39,822 nucleotides of DNA, from contig JAHFHD010000004.1 of NCBI GenBank assembly GCA_023247075.1, positions 1 through 39,822 of the forward strand, read 5' to 3'. The notes under the pieces are model-generated. The model was not told the DNA's origin, did not search any database, and saw only the letters and a program-made list of their open reading frames with translations. The translations under genes were made by a program, and so were the position numbers. Position 1 is the first letter of the stretch. The number at the start of each line of letters is the position of its first letter. The DNA is from Candidatus Omnitrophota bacterium (GTDB lineage: Bacteria; Omnitrophota; Omnitrophia; Omnitrophales; Danuiimicrobiaceae). Shown piece after piece: positions 28,136 through 36,900 of this stretch.

Positions 28136-29348
28136 GAACGTCGTAGACATAAATCAAATTGTTATTACAGGCATTGGCGCTGTCACTTCAATCGGTACAA
28201 ATGCACAAGCATTTGGGGAAGGATTGAAGCAAGGCGCAGTCGGTGTCGGCATTGTGCATGACCTTGACTGCGAAGGCCGCTTGAAACCCGAGCGTGCTTT
28301 TCGGGTACGTGATTTTAGCCCACCCAAATACGCCAAAATTCTCGACCCGTTTATTCAATACATTCTTGCCGCGACGGAAGAAGCGCTTGCCGACAGCGCG
28401 CTTGATTTGAGCCGCATTGATTCCAATCGCATTGGAATCGCAGTCAGCTCAAGCAAGGGCGGCATGATGACTTTTGAAAAATTTTTCGAGAGATTCAAAA
28501 AAAGACCAAGTGCGATTCTCGGCGCTCGAATCTACGCAAATTTTATTCCCAATATTGCCGCTCAATGGGTTGCAAGACATTGGAAAATCACGGGACCTGC
28601 CAAACCTGTTTCAGCTGCTTGTGCCACAGGGCTGTTCTCACTGCTCGAAGGAATTCGAATGATTGAAGATGGGGAAATCGATTATTGCATTGCAGGTGCC
28701 GGCGACGCGTCTGTAACGCGCCTCGTGACAGCAGGGTACCGGAACATGGGCGTCCTTTCCTCTGGCTGCATGCGTCCGTTTGACAAGCGGCGTGACGGGT
28801 TTTTAATTGGCGAAGGAGCGGGCATTGTTATTTTTGAAAGAGAGTCATCTGCCCGCGCACGCGGCGCAAAAATCTATGGCCATGTCAAGCGTTACGCTTA
28901 TGGATTTGAGTCGTCGCATCCCTATGCTTTTTCATGTGATGGTGATGGACTTTCAAGCTGCCTCAAAAAACTCATTCGTGATGCAAACATTTACCCGCGG
29001 GAAATAGACTACCTCAATCTTCACGGCACCGCCACGTCACAAGGGGACCGTTACGAGACGGCTCAAATCAAATCAGCGTTTGGAAGCGAAGCAAATAAAA
29101 TTGCGATGAGTTCCACAAAGTCGCTTGTGGGGCACATGATTGGCGCTTCGGGAGCCGTTGAAGTGATTGCATGTTTAATTGCGATGAGAGACAGCTTTGT
29201 TCCACCAACTGCAAATCTTGAAGAGCCTGACCCCGAATGTGATTTAGATTACACGCCGCTTGTGGCAAAAGAAAAAAAAGTAAATTTGAGTTGTTCTATT
29301 TCAATTGGTTTCGGCGGCCATCTCGGCGCAATTTTAATCGAGAAATAA
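28131..29348 (+). CDS. FabF-like beta-ketoacyl-ACP synthase
   Basis: IVITGIG, AACATG (Cys), RPFDKRRDGF, NLHGTAT (His), STKSLVGH (His) and GFGG motifs; start uncertain. Confidence 0.88.
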   Translation: MTNVVDINQIVITGIGAVTSIGTNAQAFGEGLKQGAVGVGIVHDLDCEGRLKPERAFRVRDFSPPKYAKILDPFIQYILAATEEALADSALDLSRIDSNRIGIAVSSSKGGMMTFEKFFERFKKRPSAILGARIYANFIPNIAAQWVARHWKITGPAKPVSAACATGLFSLLEGIRMIEDGEIDYCIAGAGDASVTRLVTAGYRNMGVLSSGCMRPFDKRRDGFLIGEGAGIVIFERESSARARGAKIYGHVKRYAYGFESSHPYAFSCDGDGLSSCLKKLIRDANIYPREIDYLNLHGTATSQGDRYETAQIKSAFGSEANKIAMSSTKSLVGHMIGASGAVEVIACLIAMRDSFVPPTANLEEPDPECDLDYTPLVAKEKKVNLSCSISIGFGGHLGAILIEK

Positions 29349-30526
29349 TGAATTTTACTCAAACCCTTGAAGCGCTTAAAGAAACAAATCTGTACCGCAG
29401 CCCCCGTGTTTTAGAAAACTTAAAAGGTGTTCGCGCAAATTTTGAAGGAAGACCAGTCATTCTTTTTTGTGGCAACGACTATTTAGGTTTAAGCGAACAT
29501 CCTAAAGTAGTGAAAGCTGCGAAAATTGCGCTTGAAGTTTGCGGCGTTGGCTCAGGCAGCGCACGCCTCATTTCTGGAACAGGCACTTTCCACGATGCGC
29601 TTGAGCAAAAAATCGCAAGCTTTCTTCAAAAAGAAAGCGCGCTTCTTTTTTCTTCAGGCTACCTTGCCAATCTCGGAGTTTTGACTGCGCTTACGGACAA
29701 AGACGATTTAATTGCGCTCGACAAATTAAGTCACGCCTCACTGATTGATGCCGCGCAGGCGGCCAAAGCCGAACTTAGAATTTTCCCTCATCGAAACATG
29801 AATTACCTCAGGCGGCTTCTGAGTCGAAGCAAGGCAAAGCGCAAATGGATTGTTACAGATTCGGTATTTAGTATGGATGGCGACCTTGCGCCTATTCAAG
29901 AATTGGTTCAGCTAAAGCATGAATTTAAAGCAGTGCTTATGCTTGATGAAGCACATGGATTCGGCATTTTTGGCAAAGGCGGCCGAGGCGCGGCAGAAGC
30001 AGCGGATGCGCTTGACCAAGTAGACATTGTGATTGGAACTTGCTCAAAAGCACTTGGTTCCGTCGGTGGTTTTGTAAGTGGAACGCGCGAGACCATTGAA
30101 ATGCTTGTCAATTTCGCCCGAACTTTTATTTTTGACACCGCACTTCCTCAGGCAATTTGTGCCGCTTCGCTCGAAGCGCTTCAAATTATTGAAGCGAATC
30201 CCAAAATGAGAGAACATCTTTTTTCAAACACCAAACATTTGCGCGAAGGACTTCACTCAATCAAGGCGCCGGTAATTAAGGGGGAATCGCCCATTGTCCC
30301 GCTCCTGATTGGAGATGAGAAAAATGCGCTTCAAATGTCCACAGCCCTTCTTAAAAAAGGATTCCTCGTGCCAGCGATTCGCTACCCGGCTGTGGCTCGC
30401 GGAAGCGCCCGGCTTCGGCTAACAGTTTCCGTTTCTCACACCTCTGACCAAATCGATTCTCTTTCGATTGCAATCAGGGAATTATTTTCTGGGCGCCAAG
30501 CAAACAACCGACACCTGTCATCCTGA
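29348..30526 (+). CDS. bioF: 8-amino-7-oxononanoate synthase
   Basis: Start MNFTQT with TAATG overlap; NDYLGL, SGYLAN, HASLID, DSVFSMDGD, DEAHG, GTCSKALG and AIRYPAV motifs. Confidence 0.92.
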   Translation: MNFTQTLEALKETNLYRSPRVLENLKGVRANFEGRPVILFCGNDYLGLSEHPKVVKAAKIALEVCGVGSGSARLISGTGTFHDALEQKIASFLQKESALLFSSGYLANLGVLTALTDKDDLIALDKLSHASLIDAAQAAKAELRIFPHRNMNYLRRLLSRSKAKRKWIVTDSVFSMDGDLAPIQELVQLKHEFKAVLMLDEAHGFGIFGKGGRGAAEAADALDQVDIVIGTCSKALGSVGGFVSGTRETIEMLVNFARTFIFDTALPQAICAASLEALQIIEANPKMREHLFSNTKHLREGLHSIKAPVIKGESPIVPLLIGDEKNALQMSTALLKKGFLVPAIRYPAVARGSARLRLTVSVSHTSDQIDSLSIAIRELFSGRQANNRHLSS

Positions 30527-30633
30527 AGCCAGCATTCAAGGCGAAGGCCGAAGGATCTAGAGTTCGGAGTAAACTCCACGAAAAATCGAACAAATGCTAG
30601 ATCCTTCGCTGTCCCTAAGGCGCTCAGGATGAC
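30517..30633. repeat. REP-like palindrome overlapping the bioF stop codon
   Basis: gtcatcctgaag...gaaggatctag...ctagatccttcg...ctcaggatgac. Confidence 0.85.
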
Positions 30634-30689
30634 AAGTGATTAGCTTAAGATAGTGTTTGTTTAGCGTTTTGAAGCACTTCACAAACTAT

Positions 30690-30828
30690 GTCATTCTGAA
30701 GGAGCCCCGTAAATTTATTCTGCGGGGCGAACTGAAGAATCTGGCGAATCTAGATCCTTCACGGAGTTTACCCTGAGCGCCAGATCCTTCACTTCGTTCA
30801 GGATGACAAACGAAGGGCTCAGGATGAC
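30690..30828. repeat. Compound/nested REP-like palindrome
   Basis: gtcattctgaagg start; two agatccttcac cores and two caggatgac ends (30807, 30828). Confidence 0.8.
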
Positions 30829-30925
30829 AAGCCTGTTATGAACTTCAATGGGCTAAACAGTTACTTAAGATAAGGCGAAAAATAACCCTCGTCAGACCTT
30901 TGCCCGCTTGCTGAAAAGAAACAGA

Positions 30926-30954
30926 TTGCGTCATTTTATTAAAAATAGTAAACT
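30926..30954 (+). promoter_or_regulatory. Candidate sigma70 promoter of the giant gene
   Basis: TTGCGT-N17-TAAACT with an AT-rich spacer, about 40 bp upstream of ATG 30994. Confidence 0.5.
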
Positions 30955-30993
30955 TTCTAAACTTCTTAAGAAAGAGAACTATAAAAACTAAAT

Positions 30994-33900
30994 ATGCAAG
31001 GACGTTTTTTAAAGTCTGTTTCACTCATCACCGCTGCTGTATTTTCCATCACCCAATTTTCATTTCCTGAACGTTTAAACGCTTCGGTCATTCCTTCTCC
31101 CGCATTTAATTTTGAACAGGCATCTTCGCGAGTTAGCGCTGCCGCACCTTTTCGACTCTCCATTCCCAAAGAACTTGCTGCAATTAACAACATTCATTCT
31201 GGAGTTGGGCCAAAGTTAATTCATATTCAAACTTCACACATGAGTTTTGAGGCCCAGAAAAAAATCAAAAGCATTTTGAAACACCTTGAGAAAGAAGAGG
31301 GAATCAAAACACTTTTTTTAGAAGGCACTGCTTTTAAGCTAGACCCATCACTCCTTCGCTTTTTCCCAACCCGCCCGGATTTAAACGAAAAAGCGCTTGA
31401 GCAACTCTCCCAAAAATCCTTAGTTGATGGAGCAGAACTTTTTCTTGCTGATTCTCAAAACGCAAGTGCGTACGGCATTGAAGACGCAGAAGTTTACAAA
31501 AAAGGCACCGAAATTTTTCGCGACGTTTTGCGCGCGCGCCGCGGGTCAGAGCAATTCCTTAAAGATTTTGACCAGCAAATTTCCCGCATTGCAAGCACCC
31601 GGCTAAATCCAAAGCTAAGGGATTTTTTAAAAGAGTGCAGCCGCTACACGAGCGGCACAAATAGCCCGAGCAGCCAGATTTCATTTTTAAAACAGCGCGC
31701 ACTAGAAACGCTTGAGCTTGAGTTTACCAATCCGGTGAATCAAGTTGATTGGCCCATGCTCGTGCGGCTTACAAAATTAGAAAAATGGGAAAAGGAAATT
31801 AATCAAGCCGCACTCAAAAAAGAAAAAGATTTGTTTCTTGCGGTAGTCTCAAAAAAACTTACCCCATCTCTTGCGGCTTTAATTGAAGAATTGCTTTCCT
31901 CGCCGCTTGTGTCTTCAACCAGGTCAAGCGACGGCTTCGACCTAATTTTTGAAGAGATGGCGGACAAGCTGCCTCGAGATTTTAATTACGCAGCTTACCC
32001 AAATCTAAATCGTGCCATTGGTTTTCGCCTGTTAAATAGCGAAATCGACCCCTCTTTGCTCATGAAGGAAGTCGAACAGCTGAGTCAAAAAATCGCAGAG
32101 TCACTGGCGCAAAGCCAAACCGAGAAAAAAATCCTCGACGTGCTTAACAAACATCGTTTGCTTCGAAAACTATTTGCACTTGAGCTCGGCCCAGATGATT
32201 ACGAAGAAATTCAACAGCTGTCATTGCGAGAAGCCCCGAATGGGGCGACGAAGCAATCTCAGTTCTGGATTGCTTCGTCAACACTTGGAACGCTTCCTCG
32301 CAATGACGAAACGTCAAAGCGCTTACGGGCATATTTTCAACCATCTCAGCTAATTCAAGAATTGCTCGCACTTTGCGTGTCCGAACATGTAAGCGTTGCT
32401 GCATTTGACAGTCATCTAGGAGAAATCGACCAGTTGTTTCGCCGAGCACTTGATTTTTACGCGGTGGTCAAAGAGCGTGACCAGTGCATGATTCGAAATG
32501 TGGAACGCCGATTTAAAGAAACGGGTGTGGATAAAGCAGTGGTAATTACCGGCGGTTTTCACTCACGACCGTTTCAGGAATATTTTTCAAAACACGGTTA
32601 TCGCTACGCGCTTCTTTCGCCTAATTTTACTTCTGGTTCAAAAGAAGATTCTGAAGAGGGCAAAGCGGGTTACATCCGATTCATTCTTGAAACTGACCCG
32701 CGGAAGCTCGAAACTCAAACCCACGCAGCCACTCCAATTGCGCAGGACGAAGTTAATTTCGCGCCGCTTGGTTATGATTTCAAAATTACCGCAACACTTG
32801 TCCGGGATGAGTTGAGAGCCACCTTCGGGACAACGCCTTCATCAGCCTTTAACCCAAAGGTTGCTGCCCATTGGGGGATTCAACTTCCCGCTTCCGTTAT
32901 TGATAAAGGAATTGCTCCTCGCCAGGAAGTGCGCTCCTCAGCGCATAGCTCAAAAGCGCCGGAGCCCGCTCGTCAACACCGCCAAGGGATACGCGGTTTT
33001 TACAATGAAGAAATTAGCTTTGTGGAACTTATGTTGATTACCGCTTTATTGTCCTTTCTGTCTTTAGGTTTTTTCCCATTTTTTGTTGCGCACGGCATTC
33101 AACAAAAGAATAGATTTTTAGTTATCGTAGCTGGTATCCCAAGCGCTTTAGCAGCAGTTGGATTTTTGGGAGCGCTTGCCTATTTTCTCAACTGGAGTAT
33201 CCAACGACGCTTGAAAAAGAGCAACACCACAATTGCCGGCGAAGTTCCTAGAAAAGAACTTCGCGCGAGCAAAAACCCACTGTCTTTAGGAAAGTATTTA
33301 GCAGGAACGGCGTTTAGATTAGCAGCTTCCTTCGCGCTTGCGGGAACGCTTTTTGTAACATCCGTTTTTGCTCAATCAGATTCTCAAGGACAAACCGGCC
33401 GCCCAACAACTAATTCAACTGCGCTGGTTCGACAAAGAAAATCGGACGGCGGATCGACGATTGAAATTTTTAGCCCAGACGGAGCAAAAATAAAGCTCAC
33501 AAAACTTGTTGCTCAGTCCATGAAAACGCCAGGCGGCGATTGGTCGCTAATTTATTCCGAGCCCGGCAGCCGTTTTCTTAGCGGCCGCGCTCAAGCGCGT
33601 GATTTAGAGACAAAGGAGTCGGGATGGGTTACAAGGTTTCAAGCGGAGCTGCCCGAGTTTGATTTGATATTTACCTTTACGAGTCAAAAGCCCGACCAAT
33701 TTGAAGTTACAGTTACTGGCATGAACGGCAGCCAAATTAACCCCCGTCCTGAACTGCGGAGTAAATTATCCTCATCACGCCCCAAAATCCATCCCAAACA
33801 ACCTCCTTGGAGGTTTGTTAGGAGGCTTAAGGAGATCGCCGCCAGTAAAACTGTCTCCACGAAAGGCAGCGTTCCTCCTGCACGGGTTTTTACGGGGCGA

Positions 33901-36900
33901 AGAAATTTATCGAAAACGAAGCAAGCGCCTCAACCGGCGGTTTTCCACCCGAGAAAAAAATGGGCATCTACCGTATCAGCCAAAAGACAGTTGGACAGAA
34001 ACAGAGAAAGAGAAGGGCCTGCAAAAACATATCAACAAAAGGGCCTGGGCGCGAAGGGTGGAAGCACAGGGAACGGTCACACACGACAACTCAGCGGACG
34101 CATGGGGCGGCTAAGGGCTTTTGTGGTTCAGTTTGGTTTTGGATTTCTTATGTGGTCGGCTGATTTGGTTGCTCAGGACGCACCTCAACAAGGCCAGAAC
34201 TTTTTGCGTTCGTCTGGAGAGGTTATCAATCCAAACGCAGCTACCTACGCGCACGCTGAACTGCGAAGCAGCGAAAGGCTGGTTCAATTAATTGATTCCC
34301 GAAGCGCATGGGAAGACGTTGACAGTTTTGTAAAACAATTTGAGCGTCAAGCTAAAAAGCGCATTGCGGCAAATTTAATGAGCACAAGCGGTCCATTACT
34401 TAACGAGTTTTTTGAGGGACTTGATTTTACCCATGACTGGATTCATTTCTCTAGTTCTCACAAAAATCGGCTAATCATTTTGAAATTTGGAAAAGTGGGA
34501 ACAACTAAAACAGGAGCGAGCGTTTACACAATAGAACTGGATTTCAAAAATCAAAAATCGTACGTTGCGAAAAACTCGCTGGATAATCTTTTATTTAAGC
34601 CGCTTCCCATCGAACTCAATCAATTACGCGCAATCGAATTTGATTTTAAGCGCGGCATAATCCATTTCAAATTCACTTCACCGCCCAATCTTGAATCTTT
34701 AAAAAGCGCACTCGGGCCAGATTTATTTGAGCGAGTCAAGTTTGAGATGTTTGAAGAAGTGACACACGGCAAAGTTTCTGTGCCGCAGGATTTTCAAACG
34801 TACGCTTCGCTTTTGCAAAATGAACGTCGCCACAGCGCGCGCGACTTTGCAGACTATGTGAATGCCATGTTAATTAAGTATCCAGACGGCAGAACCACTG
34901 GCGCCGACCAAAAGTTTGATGATGAAGTGACGGCTCTTCATCCAGAAATCGCAACACTTTGGTTTATGGTTTCAATCGCTAGCAAGGTGGTTGAAAATCC
35001 AGCCGCTCCACCGAACAGTTATTTTGGAAGCTTTGAGCAAGCTTATTTGCGGCGTTTCGACAAATACAAAATGTTTGAAGCAACAAGAAAACAAATACAC
35101 ACAATCCAAGTTTCCCGAAAAAGTAGAGAATTCCCCAAACTTGTTTTTCCTACTCTAAATATCTCGCTCCCATTGACTCAAACGGACACACTTCAATTTG
35201 AATTGGAAGCTGGCAATCGTCAAGAGCTTCGGAGCAATTTATTTCAATTCAGCAGAAGGGGAATTATCTTTGCATCTTTAATGGGTTTTATTGCTGTAAG
35301 CGAGCTTCTTACACCTGCAGTCGCTAGCGATGAAAGTTTGCCAGTTACTGATGAGCAAACAGTGAGCACTCAAAGCGAAAGCCCCGCTCCTTTAACAGAC
35401 CTGTATCCGTTGGTTCAAGCGCCATCTGATTTGGCACAGGCCATCCCGTATCTTGAAAAGAAACTGACTGAGTTTGAAATCGAAGGGGGCGGCGGTCTGC
35501 TCCGCTCCTATTATGTTGATGATCGAGACAAACAGTTTCTCGAATTTAAAAATATCACCTGCATTTATGATCAAGCTATTGCGATCGTCGCGATGACCGC
35601 TTTAGGCCGGCAGGAAACAGCAGAGCGTTGGATGCGGGCATTAATTCGATCTGCACATCCTGACGGGCAATTTCCATTTTTTGTTCGCTACGACAAGAAT
35701 GAGTCAGATCCCTACTACAGGACAGGCTCCCAAATGTGGGCAGCATATGCGATGGGATTTTTCTTACAAAAATTTCCAGAAAGTTCGCTAACTCCTCACA
35801 TTAAAGCGGCACTCAAAAAGCACTTGGATGCCATGATTAAAAACTATTGGCTTGAAGGAAGTGAACAAGGCACTCAGGAAGATACTTTCACCGGAGGCAA
35901 AGGCCAGTACCCAAATTACCCAAAAACGGAAGGTTTCGATCCAAAACCTAAGCAGTGGAGCAGCACGAAGCAGAATATCGATGCTTATTTTACTTTGGAG
36001 CTAGCCGGCAGGGTTTTGGGCGACTCAAAATATACCGCCATCGCTCAGCGCGTCAAAAAGGCTCTCCTCAATCGACTCTGGAACAATGAAAGCAATGAAG
36101 CGTATCAAGGGGTTACGGGCCCTGCCGGTCAAGATAAAAATCACGCTCTGGATGTCGGTTCCTGGTACAGCATCTTTGCTTCTTTGGTTGGTGAACACGA
36201 TCGCGCGAAGCTGGCTTTAAAAAGCACGGATCAGTATCTGGTTGTTGAAGAAGGCGTCCGTGGATACACACCTTATCTAAAGGAAAGAGGATATCCTGAA
36301 GCGGCGGGCGGAATTTGGGGCGAGGGAACAGCAGGCGTCCTCCTCGCAAAAAGATTGGCGCCGCGACCTGCAGAGACAGAAGTTGTAGATGATGTTGAGA
36401 ATTTATTAAAGCTGATGACAGACCATGGCCTTTTGGATCACACCCAAAATGTCGAGATTGATGATTTAAAACGTTTGCCTTCTGCGGTCTCGACAGCCTG
36501 GACTTTAATCGCTCTCCATCCGAATGGGTTTTGGAACACGGATGTGCCTCCGCTAGGTGCAAAACCCGTGGAAGCACCTGCCAGAGAAATTCGTAAGGAA
36601 CTTCGAAGCAATCCATTTCAATTCAGCAGAAGGGGAATTGTCTTTGCATCTTTAATGGGTTTTATTGCTGTAAGCGAGCTTCTTACACCTGCAGTCGCTA
36701 GCGATGAAAATTTACCAGCCGCTGATGAGCAAACAGTGAGCGCTCAAAGCGAAAGCCCCGCTCCTTTATTTGACATACCGTTGGCTGGATTTGATTCTCA
36801 AATAGGCAGGGTTGTTAATAAAAAGCTTACAGTGACGAAGGGTAGCGACGGCAAAATAACGGCTAGGATTGTTGAAGACTTTGAATTGTCAGAAACTCCA

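Noticed and set aside
29348-30526. Cysteate acyltransferase for sulfonolipid (capnine) synthesis, paired with the ThrC-like enzyme
   Set aside because: The same fold family, but the gene sits in an operon with bioB and has ordinary BioF motifs; the biotin role is more parsimonious.
32995-33060. Type IV prepilin motif (RGF...SFVELML)
   Set aside because: GF is separated from the ELM segment by YNEEIS, so the G|FxxxE spacing is not met.
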